A DNA stretch of 64,000 bases from Callorhinchus milii (lineage: Eukaryota), in assembly GCF_018977255.1 (NCBI RefSeq), contig NW_024704742.1, positions 102,860,001 through 102,924,000 of the forward strand. The letters run 5' to 3'. This document shows, piece by piece, positions 14,191 through 25,572 of this stretch. Under the pieces are notes generated by a model. The model did not search any database. It was not told where the DNA came from and saw only the letters and a list, made by a program, of their open reading frames with translations. Each line of letters begins with the position of its first letter. Within the stretch, counting starts at the first letter, position 1. Position numbers and translations under genes: made by a program.

Positions 14191-15447
14191 AACAAAATTA
14201 CATTGGTATAGCGCCTTTCACGTCGGGAGGACGCCCCAAGGCGCTGGACAGTCAGTATTTCGGACCCGAGCTGTGGGCCGGGATTGGGGAGGGCGGGGGG
14301 GAAGCAGGATGATCGAAAGCACAATTGAAGAGGAGGGTCTTGAGATGGGTTCTGAAGGAGGCAAGAGAGGGGGCGAGGCGGAGGGACTGTAGGATGGAGC
14401 TCCAGAGGGTGGGAGTAGAGCGGCAGAAAGATAACAGACTGCAGAATTCTGGATGATCTGCAGCCTATGGAGGGAGGAGTTGGGGAGGCCGACAAGCAGG
14501 GAGTTTGCATAGTCAAGCCTGGGTGTAATGAAAACGTGTATGAGGGTTTCAGTAGCCTGCGTTGTGAGACAGTGGTGGAGTGGGCAATGTTGCGGAGGTG
14601 GGGGAAGGCAGAGCGGGTCATAGCAAGGATGTGGGGTAGAAAGGATAGCTGAGGGTCAAACAAGACCCCAAGGTTCCAGACTGGCTTAGTAAGGTGGAGT
14701 GTGCAGCCCTGGACGGTGATGCTGTCAGACCCGAGGTGTGGAGGCGCTGACGACAGCCAATCAGGGGAGCCTCAGTCTTTTTGACATTCAACTGAAGAAA
14801 ACTAGCTCTCAACCCAGGACTTGATGTATGACAGACATACAGTGGTCCTGGAGTCGAGGGTGGAGGCAGAGAGGTACAGTTGGGTGTCATCCGCATACAT
14901 GTGGAAGTTGACCCCAAGAGGGAACATATAGATATTGAAGAGGAGGGGACCAAGGACAGAGCCCTGAGGAACGCCACACGAGACCGTGCGGGGGCGAGAG
15001 GAGAAACCGTTTGTGGAGATAAAGTAGTGGCGGTGTGAAAGGTATGATCTGAACCATTCAAAGACAGAACTATGAAGGTTGAGGTGAGAGGAGGCGGTGG
15101 ATGAGCATAGAGTGGTCGATGGTGTCGAAGGCAGCAGAGGGGTCAAGGAGGACGAGGAGGCAGAGGGAGCCCTGGTCACAGATGGACAGAATGTCATTTG
15201 TCACTTTGACCAGGGACTATTTCTGTGCTGTGGGTGGCACAGAAACCTGATTAGATGGGTTGGTGAAGGGAGTGGCGGGAGAGGAAGGAGGGAAGCTAGG
15301 AGGCAATGACTCATTCCAGGACCTTGGAGAGGAAAGAGAGGTTTTAAATGGGGCGGTAGTTTGAGAGGAGGAATGGGTCTCAGGTTTTTTTTAAGGATAG
15401 AAGTGATGATGGCTGTTTTTAAAGAGATGGGAACGGTACCAGCGGAC
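14191..15447 (-). mobile_element. L2 fragment (RT domain to tail)
   Basis: [17 protein letters not shown]...[10 protein letters not shown]; tail at 14191-14250. Confidence 0.9.
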
Positions 15448-16393
15448 AAGGAATCGTGTATTTTTCTCAAGACAATTGTTGTAAAAAAAAGAAACAGACG
15501 AATACATAACTTGCAAGAATGCAGAATTCCATTCACACAAGTGCTATGAAAAGAACATGATTAAAACTTCCAGTGCAATGGTGTACATCTGTCTGCACCA
15601 CTGCATTTATTTCAACGATAGAAAGGCCTATTTCTGTGACAGTAGAGGTGGGGTGGAATTTTCTGAAAATAAAATCCATTACCATCAGAGTCAAGTTAAA
15701 AAGAAACTCCTAAGGGCAGTGATAACCCTTTAATCCAATTATTTATGGAACTTTTCCGATGTAGGGATAGAACTCAGTCCAAAATTCAGTTAGAATTATT
15801 TCATGTTTGCAAGTAGCATCCTACTTTGTTGAGGTTTGGGAATGCGCTTGCGACAGAAACCAGTTTAACAGAACAGAAACATTTTTGTGTCTTTCACAAT
15901 AAATGTCGTAATGGCATACTGTTTAATTGGATTATTGCTATGAGACATGTGGCATAGCCAAGGATTATTTCAATGCAAACAGTAAGCACCGAACTGGCTG
16001 AAACCTGTATCAAAGTGGTAGAATATCAATTGAACAGTGGTGTAAATAAAAAAGGGAGATTTACAATTATGAATTGCTCTGGGTAAGATAAAGGAACTAT
16101 AGTACTATGAGTAGCTGACGTAGTAGTGCAAGTCAATCAGGAATTCAACCCCATCCCGCAAAAAAAGGAAAATATAACTGTCCCAATTCTGCAATTGTAA
16201 TATTGTGCCTCACAAAACAGAAGTGACTGAACTGAGAGTGGAATGCAAAATAATTCTTATCAACAGGCAAATGACATAGATGCTATTTGCTTGACACTTT
16301 ACAGGAGCCAATGATCCGGAGCTGAAGGTGATGGTGACTGAGATGTGTGTTATTACCAAAATGCCTGATCAATGCGGTGAGGAGACCACATAC

Positions 16394-16505
16394 CTGAATT
16401 AGGTCCAGGATCCCCAGCTCACTTTCTGAAGAATCCACACAGAAGACAAAATACAAAGTTGCATAGTGTCGGTAAATAAGTTTGTTATCAGCCCCTCCAA
16501 TTAAC
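16394..16505 (-). CDS. AP3S1: AP3S1 coding exon 3 (LIGGADNKLIYRHYATLYFVFCVDSSESELGILDLIQ)
   Basis: Acceptor ctttgtttcAG, 112 nt, donor GTATGT; contains the adaptor small-chain motif YRHYATLYF. Confidence 0.97.
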
Positions 16506-17309
16506 CTGAAACAAAGAAGATTGCAGAAAACAAAACTGACAACTCATATTAAGAAATCTAAAGTTATCATAGGACTATGTATAGCTAACATACATTTTTT
16601 CACAACAATGTAGATCTGATATTGTAGCTGGCACCTCCCCAACACCCCAAAAAACAAGAAATGCAAGTACAGTACAAACAATTATAAGCAACATTCTTCC
16701 AATATCTAATCTCAATATCTTACACAGTTGAAATACTCTGCCCTCTAAACCCACAACTTACTCTTGAGTTTGGGATTCCTTCATACATCACAAATACTTT
16801 GCAGAAAGACCACACTGAAGGAAGTGTTTACTAACAACGAGCAACACACGCGACATGGATACATTGGACTATTGCAATCTTGCTTCAATAAGCAGCTAAT
16901 TTCTGTATCTCATGAACGCAAGTGCAAAATGCCTACTTCACAAAAAAAGGCCAATGCATATCTAAAGGCAGAAGCAGCTTAAAACTCCACATACATGAAA
17001 ATAAAGGCCATGTTTTGCAGGCTCAAGGTTTCTGCCAGACAATTTATATACTGTGCTTTATTAAAGAAAAACACTCCTAAAAGATGGTATCAAATGTCTA
17101 CATTAAAGGTGCAGGATATCTTACACGAACACTGTACTGTAGCTCAGCACAATGTAACACAATACACAGCCCGTTTCGAATTTCTTCAAGGCGTTGGGCT
17201 GTATCGATTTCTCGCTCATATTCTGCAAACATGCTGTTTATCACTAGAATATTTTTAGTTTTGAATGCAGTGCTCAACCACGTATTTGCCAGAGCTCCAC
17301 ATTACTTAC

Positions 17310-17401
17310 AAGCCGCCTTCCAGAAAATTACAGACATTTTCGTCTCTTTTTGACACCAAGTGGAATGTTTCCCTGATGATTTGCTGTTGTGTGTCTTCAC
17401 T
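17310..17401 (-). CDS. AP3S1: AP3S1 coding exon 2 (SEDTQQQIIRETFHLVSKRDENVCNFLEGGL)
   Basis: Acceptor ttcatttccAG, 92 nt, donor GTAAGT; phase continues from exon 1. Confidence 0.96.
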
Positions 17402-18439
17402 CTGGAAATGAACGGAAAACGGTGTACAATTTGAAAAGCAGTCGTCAACTTATAAAAGCTGAGGTCTCGACATGGGGCACTTACAGCTTATACTACTCAA
17501 AGAAAATAGCACAAATAGCAGTAAAGTTTTAAAATAGTTGCAAAGCTATTAAACCATTACTTTAACTGCTTCCTTTCAGATTCTGCCAACTTTATAAGCT
17601 TCCCATTTAGACCCTGTCACCATTTCCATTGTGCTCTTGAGACTGTGGCACCATTTTCACGGAAAAGGGAAATAGTTTTTTCGACACGTTGGGCATAAAC
17701 ATAAGGATTATTGTTAGAACTATGCTAGTGCTAGATAAAGACATGCTCAGGCCACACAATATGAATTCTAAATCTCTCCTCCTAGATGTGTTCGAGACAG
17801 ATAGGCTGTCAGTTTGGCTGTTGTGTTTCGCCCACAAATATACGGTCAATTCACTTTAGAGCATATTCTTTGAGACGTCTAGAAGATGTGAAAAGGGCTA
17901 TATCAAATGCAAGGATTATTATTATTATTATTTACCTCATGGCTGTATGCAGGACCTCGCTGTGTGCAAATGACTGTCACATTTACCTACACTACAAAAC
18001 GCATTAATTATTTGCAAAGTAAAACATATTAAAAATCAGGAGAAAAATATTATTAACTGGAGTGTGAGCATCATCCGTCACCACTTCTGTTAACGCGGTC
18101 TTAATTCTATCTTTAGAGGGTTGGAGGTACAACAGACTCTGCAAGTTGCACCATCTTATTTCTTAACCAGTCTGGTACAGCTTTGAATAATCACATCTCA
18201 ATGGCACTAGGCAGATTCCAATGTAGTCAGCGAGCTGCAGATTTATCATAATACATTCCACATTGAGCAGTGCAGGGAAGAGTGGATGGCACATACCTGG
18301 AGGTACACCAGATCAGCCAAACGTGTGTGGCCAGGACAAGCTGATTAACGTGAATGATTCCTATCAAACAGCCTGATCGCATACATCAACCTCACAGCAG
18401 GAAGTCAATAGAAACTATTACGCAGAATTACATTAAACA

Positions 18440-20050
18440 TTAAAAGCAAGAAATAGACCGTTTGGCCCAACTAATCCATGCTGGTGTTTATATTCCACGT
18501 GAGCCTCCAATCCCTTCTTCCACACCCACTGTATTCCCTTCTCTTTCATGAGCGCATCAAGTTTCTTCTTAAGTATGTTAACGGTTTCTGCTTTAAGCAC
18601 AACTTCCAGCAGTGAGTTTTACATTCTCAGAAGTTCCTCCTAAACTTTCTTTTAGGTCGGTTACTGGCTATCTTATACTGTATTTATACCCCTTTTTGGG
18701 ATTCACTGACAAGTGGAAACAGACTATTAACAACAACAAAATTACATTTGTATATCACCTTTCACGTCAGAAGGACATCCCAAGGCATTGGACAATCAGT
18801 GTTTCGGACCCGAGCTGGGGGTCGGGATCGGGTAGAGTGGAGGGCAAGGGAGGGAAGGAGGGTGATCAAAGGCATGGTCAAAGAGGAGGTTCTTGAAATA
18901 GGTCTTGAAGGAAGCAACAGAGGGGGCGAGGTGGAGGCACTGCAGGATGGAGTTATAGAGGGTGGGGGCAGAGTGGCAGAAGGCACACCAATGGTGGGGC
19001 GGGTGAGGTGGGGGACGTGGAGCAGGCCAGAGTTCGCTGAGTGGAGGGAGCGGGCAGGTTGGTAGGGATTTAGGAGAGTTGCAGAGGTAGTGGGGAGCAA
19101 GGCCATGGAGGGCTTTGAGGGTGAGGACCAGGATCTTGAACTGTATCCTCTGTGTGATGGGAAGCCAGTGGAGTCGGGCGAGGTTGGGGTGATAGGGTCA
19201 CGGAGCCTGGGGCGGGAGTGGACACGGGCTGTAGAGTTCTGGATGATCTGCAGCCAATGGAGGGAGGAGTTGGGGAGGCTGACAAGCAGAGAGTTTACAT
19301 AGTTGAGCCTGGGTGTTATTAATGCGTGTATGAGGGTCTCAGCAGCCTGCGGTGTGAGACAGTGGCAGAGCCGGACGATGTTGCAGAGGTGGGGGAAGGC
19401 AGAGCGGGTCATGGCACGGATATGAAATAGAAAGGATAGTTGAGGCTCAAACAAACCGCCAAAGTCCAAGACTGGCTTAGTAAGGTGGAGTGTGCATCCG
19501 TGGACGGTGATGCTGTCAGTGCCTGAGGAGTGGAGGCGCTGACCGGCGCCAATCAGGACAGCCTCGGTCTTGATGATGTTCAACTGTAGAAAGTTAGCTC
19601 TCATCCAGGACTTGATGTCTGACATCTTATATTAAGAAGTTAATATTAAGATTAACATTCTTTCATAAATTTTAAACACCTCTGTCAGGTTTCCTCTCAA
19701 TCATTTCATTGCCAGAGAGAAAATTCTAATCTGTCCGAAATTCTTGAAAGCTGTATCTACTCTCCCCTAATAATATTTTTGTAACGTGCTTTAGAGTTTT
19801 GTCCACCTGTGCTGTTTTTAGTCTTATGAATGTGAATCTCTAGATCCCTTTGTTCCTCTACCCCTCTTATGTTCTTACCAGGGTATAGTTGGCATCTTTA
19901 TTCTTCCTATCAAAGTGAATCACTTTACATTTCTCCATGTGTTAACCTTCATCTGCCACCTATCTGTCCACTCTGCAAGGCTGTTTATGACTTCCTGCAT
20001 CTGCTCCATTATTTACCAACTATCCTTCATTGCATTGTGATTACTGGGCA
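18440..20050 (-). mobile_element. Old CR1 relic split by the L2 at 18731-19629
   Basis: CR1-like 3'UTR at 18440-18720 and RT-region-like sequence at 19640-20050. Confidence 0.6.
18731..19629 (-). mobile_element. L2 3' fragment
   Basis: [14 protein letters not shown]...KTEAVLIG; tail at about 18731-18800; TATTAA on both flanks. Confidence 0.9.
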
Positions 20051-22240
20051 GGCATTAGATTCTGGACTATTGCAACCATGCTTTGTGTTACACTGAAGCC
20101 AGTACAATGCTAGTCTATTCCTAGATGGTTTCCGTACAAAATACGGTCAATAATTACTCCAGAGCATATCCTGTGAAAGGCTTTCAACATGAAAGGCGCC
20201 ATATCAAATGTAAAGACTATTTAGACCACTATCGTGGGTCGATCTCAATTAAGGTTGCATCCTCAGTAGCATCTCACAGCTCCATACAACTTGCATTTAT
20301 GTAGCAATTCTCATGCAAATGAATGTCTCAAAGCACTTTACAGAATGAGACCAATTAAAATTTGAAGAGAATTTTATACATGGATAGGGGGATTTGTGTA
20401 CCGCCATCATATTATTATGAACAATATCCCTGTACAAAGGAAAACAGCAGAATCTCTGAAGCCAAAACAGTAAGGTATAGACATCCCAGCGATCCTAAAT
20501 TTAATTCAGACGCTTAATTATCTTATTTATTTGAGTCCAAATCATTGAAGAGGAAGGATTAAATATGACTGGAGCACCTGTAGTTCGACAAATTGAACTA
20601 AACCCTGAAAACATCAATCGCTCCCTCATGTACAAAGGAAAAGTGTAAAACGTTATGAGTGGGGCCAACATCAATGCAGAAATGTGAATTACAGGTGGTC
20701 AAGCCCTAACCCTAACATGGCATTACATAGCATGGAAACTCATTACATTTTCTTCCTTCTGTCCTTCAGATGAGACATTAAATCAATGTCCTGTCTGCCT
20801 GTCCAGGTGTTCATTAAGATCCCATGGCCAATAAATCCCCCACATATAATTGGTCACTCACTCCATGGCTATTGTGGGACATTGGGTACAAATTAGCTGT
20901 CGCATTTCACCCAGAAAATATACACTTTACAGTATATCCTGCGAAGCGCTCAGAGACGTCTGCACGACATAATAAAAGGCTATATCATATGCAAGGATAA
21001 TTATTACTATTCATTCCTCAAGTAAATGCGCATCTTGCTTGAAGCTGGATAACGGATATCTGCAATTTATACTGTGACTAATCATTGCATGAAGAACTTC
21101 TTACATTGCCTTTGGTATTTTTTCATTACATAAACACAATCAAAAACACTCTGAGGTATCGGGTCCCGCAAACCTGTTCCAGCAGCTTTATCGGAAAAAT
21201 GTGTGACTGTGAATTCTCATGAAAATGCAAAGTAACACTTGGAAATTTACATGACCTGATTTGGAGTACAGAGCACAGCTGCAGGAGCACAGGACACAGC
21301 TAGTTATTTCAGTGTAAAGTATCTACTAAATAATTAATGATGGCTTCAGGTGCAAATGCAACTATCTGATCACCTCATCTAAGAAAGACCTACCAGGAGA
21401 TCTGCAGAGATCTGAAATTAATTGATCAGACAAACTGGTTTTGTTTAAACCTTTCTTTCATGTTAGTAAGCTATCCCTAGCCATAACCCCAAAGGTAGCC
21501 ATTGGATGGCACGGTCAAATAATTTCCCCTGTAAAAGAGAGATATCAGTATTTTTATGATACATGATCATTGAGTAACAGAAATAAACTACGTATTACTA
21601 CCAGTCAGGGTTAGGGTAAGATTGGAACTCAACTGCATTTAAAAATGGCCCCGCTTTTCACATGAACTTGAGTGTAGATCACATATTATAAAGTAAGACC
21701 TTACAAGTGGTCCAAATTAACTGTGTGCTTGACATTTAAAACAGCTGTCATTGTGAGAAAGCATCCTTTAAATGTCATTTTAAAGAGGGACGAAACACGC
21801 CTGAAAATATCAATGATAAATACTAGCACAATATCCACGTAAAAGTAATTAGCTCAAGGTTATCATTGATGTCTGCACAAGTACTTCCATATACTATAGT
21901 TAACTAAAAGGAAGAAAAAAAATAAGATTAACTACAGTCTATATTTTAGACAAAGGTGATCAAATTGCTTCAATAAAATAAGCAGCAATATTTTCACTGG
22001 TGTGGCCTCAAGTTTGAGAGTGAATGGAACACAGACAATGTCAGTGATGATTCATTTGAAAGTTTTATGATATTGAAGCTGTTGCTAGCTGTTCAAACAA
22101 CAGATTAACCCTAAAATCAGCAGTATCAAATAGCTATCCCACATTCAGAATCATTCTCCCATCCACAAGACAAGGAGCAGCCACACACACGTAAAAGTCA
22201 ATTTTACAATTCTATAAGCAACAATTTCTTTATGTTAAAT

Positions 22241-22370
22241 GCAAAATACTGCAGATCCTGGAAATCTGAAACAAAAACAGAGATCGCTGGGAACACTCAG
22301 CAGGTCAAGCAGTATCTATAGAGAAGGGAAAGTGGGTCAACATTTCGGGTCCATGAACCTTCGTCAGAAC
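22241..22370 (-). mobile_element. Penelope-like terminal fragment, second copy
   Basis: Same sequence family as 13961-14188. Confidence 0.6.
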
Positions 22371-23608
22371 CTAATTCCAGACAGTATTAAGTGAAGCTTA
22401 GCAAGTGTCAAGTTTTGGGGACCACAGAGTGCAAGTTCAGGTAATGCTGGTGTTTAACCAGCAAAAAATGCATAGCTTAACATTGAGAGCATTGTCTGGC
22501 AAGCTTTCTACTGCTGTCCAGCTAGGACAAGCAGTAGGAAGCTTGCCAGTTAAATGTTCTCTATGCTCTGACAGTATTTATATTGGGAGCAGGGATTCTT
22601 CCCACTTGTTACCATCATCGCACCATTGGCGGTCAGGCCTTCTGCCCCCACTCTTTGGAACTCCATCCCATAGTCCCTTCACCTTGCTCCCTCTCTTGTC
22701 TCCTTCAAGGCACGACTCAAGACCCTCCTTTTTGACTGTGCCTTCAGCCGCAATGTAATTTTGTTGTTGTTGTTAACCTTCCAAGCGAAAGCCTGAACCC
22801 TGCCAGTTGAGCCTTTGGCTTGAAAGATTAACAAGAAACAAGTGGGAAGAATCATTGCTCCCAATATAAAAGCGTCCTAAAATCCACATAGCCACTTGCA
22901 CTTCTATCGTGCCCTTCACACAAGGGCACTACTGTATACAAAATAAAACATCCTTGCGCAAAGGGCATCAGAGCAGTTAACAGTGGCGGAGCTGGACACT
23001 GTACCAGGGAAAGGCAACCATAGGCATGGTCCAAGAGGAAGGTCTTCACATGTGATCTGAAGATGGAAAAGAGGGGGCAAGAGGAGGTTACTGAGGCAGA
23101 GTTACAGTCTAGAGGTGCAGTGCTGAAAGCAGAGCCACAGATGGTGCAGTGGATACATTTTTAACTGCAATAATCTGCACCGCTGAAACATTCAATCTTT
23201 GAAAAATATAGAACTCAACAGTTTCATTTGAAATGAAGAATCTGGATTTAATTTTAAACAGGAAGTCAATCTGAGAATCACTTTACAGTGAAATTTTTCA
23301 ATTGCATTATTCTCCCAGATCTCTTCCTGGTCAGACTTGCAGCTTCTCTGTAAGACTGCATTAGGAATCGGAGAGCCGTTTCAATGAAAACTTCAACATA
23401 ACGTGCAAGAACAGTTTAGGAGGAAAACGCTGCCAATGCTAACCGGTTGTCTCCAAGAAAAAAAAACAACCATCAGGTTTTTTTTTGTATACCCGAACGT
23501 CGGCTTAATGTATCCTCTCTCCTTAATCCTTCATACGTGGAAATGGGGCGGTCACAACCGGGGATCAGTGCCTTGGCTTCAACTGTGGAGTGCGCGTGAC
23601 CTCCGGGT

Positions 23609-23922
23609 AGAACGCAGCCCGGAGCGCGAGTCCCTCTATTAGAACGCAGCCCGGAGCGCGAGTCCTTCTATTAGAACGCAGCCCGGAGCGCGAGTCCTTC
23701 TATTAGAACGCAGCCCGGAGCGCGAGTCCCTCTATTAGAACGCAGCCCGGAGCGCGAGTCCCTCTATTAGAACGCAGCCCGGAGCGCGAGTCCCTCTATT
23801 AGAACGCAGCCCGGAGCGCGAGTCCCTCTATTAGAACGCAGCCCGGAGCGCGAGTCCCTCTATTAGAACGCAGCCCGGAGCGCGAGTCCCTCTATTAGAA
23901 CGCAGCCCGGAGCGCGAGTCCC
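23609..23922. repeat. 32-bp CpG-rich minisatellite (AGAACGCAGCCCGGAGCGCGAGTCCCTCTATT), 9 full copies plus 26 bp
   Basis: Head-to-tail copies starting at 23609, 23641 ... 23897; copies 2 and 3 share one C>T change. Confidence 0.98.
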
Positions 23923-24005
23923 CAGTCTCTGCATTAGCGCCGACCGCGAGTCAGTGTCGGTGTCGGTTGTCGGTCACTTCACCCACTCGCGCCTCTCATA
24001 CTCAC

Positions 24006-24074
24006 ATAACGCTCGTAGAATTTGGAAAGCCGCGGCTTGCCGTGGTTGTTAAATATCAGAATGGCTTTAATCAT
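24006..24074 (-). CDS. AP3S1: AP-3 complex subunit sigma-1, coding exon 1 (MIKAILIFNNHGKPRLSKFYERY)
   Basis: ATG at 24074 with A at -3; 69 nt; donor GTGAGT; matches the AP3 sigma N-terminus. S1 rather than S2 is assigned from the peptide (SKFY, DNKLIY, HVDK) and the CDO1 neighbourhood. Confidence 0.95.
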
Positions 24075-25572
24075 AGTGACCGCGCGGGTGTGTTCCCGGA
24101 ACACCGACTGACAGCGCAACTCGTCCTCGACATGGAATAAAAAAATCACACGGAACTGAGTCCCGAACACACACCGCCGCCCGTTAGCCCCACCGCCCGC
24201 CCGCCCCCCGTCACAAGACGCCGGAAACGTCACCCATAGGCAAAGGCGCTCAGGCTGCTGACGGCAAGCGCAGAGGGTCACACACAAGGCGATACGTGTG
24301 GCTTCAAAACCGACTGAGTGGGAATCCAGGGAAGTCTACAGCCTCAACACCTTCCCACAGCGGATCCTTTTTTAAAAAAAAAGCAAATGTGCAGCAATTC
24401 TGGAATTAATCCAAACCATCACTGGGGAGAAAATCACATGTGCAGCCAAAGTCCCCTCTCTGATGTTTTAATCTTCTGACATCAGAGTTACAGAAACACA
24501 ACTTGTTCCTTCCCTGATAATAACAGGACGGCCACACGGGGTCCACTCAGCCGCTTTCTGGCTCATCGGACAGTGGTGGAGGCCCTTCTTTCTGTTTCTG
24601 GGATTGGAAGTGTTCTTACAATAGAAACATAAATCTTGGGGCCATATCCTTCATCAGTATCTACCAGATTACCAACGCCGTGGTGAAGTCTATCAATAAA
24701 TAGGGGACGCTTCCTTGATTCCTTATGTTAATAAATGCACCATTCAGGAATGTATACAGATTCCAATTTTTTCTCCCCCCCCACCGCAGCTGGAGTCCAG
24801 AACACTGATTATCCAGCGCCTTGGGACGTCCTCCCGACGTGAACAGCGTTACACAAATTTAATTTTGCTGTTGTGGTTGTAAGAACATTGGGATCCACCG
24901 GCCAGTTCAAACATTCAGGATATATTCCAATCAATCAAGGGCAACCATTAAGTTGGAAAGTGCAATGGATGAGTCAGGATATTATTTGTCCATAAGAATA
25001 GAAAAAAGTTAGAAATCATCTTCAGCAAATAAGATTATCCAGCGAGGATTTGCTTGTGATAAATTATGATAAAGATGTTCAATTATTTCTGTACTTTCAC
25101 TTAAGGAACAGGGCTCAGAGAACTGAACATTGGAAGCTCTGTTCATCTGATAGAAACTGAAATTGCTGAAATTTACATGACAGAAGCCAGGTTCATTTTG
25201 AAAACCCAATACTGGATGGAGTAAAATATAGTTCTCAAACATTTTTACACTGGCATTCTTGCTTCATTTTTGTTGTCTGTAGAAAAGAGTTAAACAGAAG
25301 AGTCAGAATTAACATACTTTATTACAGAGCTTTTATTGACAGCTTTGCCTATGTTTGAAATGCCGCCAATACCAGATTTGACACCATATCCAGAATTTTT
25401 TCCCTCTTATAATATGCTGGTAAACAACATCTACAAATTTTTGCTACTCTTTTAATCAAGCTAAAATGGAGAGGGTTTTTGGCAGAGGAAAACCTGAAAT
25501 AATGAGGTTTCTCTCTCTGAAGATTTGCTTTTTATAACCTTTCTTGTCCCCTTTGAGAGCTTATCTGGAATA

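Larger units (their letters stand above)
23580..24310 (-). promoter_or_regulatory. CpG-island promoter and first-exon region of AP3S1
   Basis: High CpG density against a CpG-depleted background; overlapping GC boxes (CCGCCC) near 24193-24209; ETS-like CCGGAA at 24221; half-CRE TGACG motifs; no TATA box seen. Confidence 0.75.

Noticed and set aside
23609..23922. 32-bp repeats as a CRISPR array
   Set aside because: The repeats are contiguous with no spacers, there are no cas genes, and they sit in a vertebrate intron. This is a minisatellite.
23979..24287. 102-aa ORF as an N-terminally extended AP3S1
   Set aside because: It starts at a non-ATG codon in the promoter and runs into the intron; homology begins at MIKAIL (24074).
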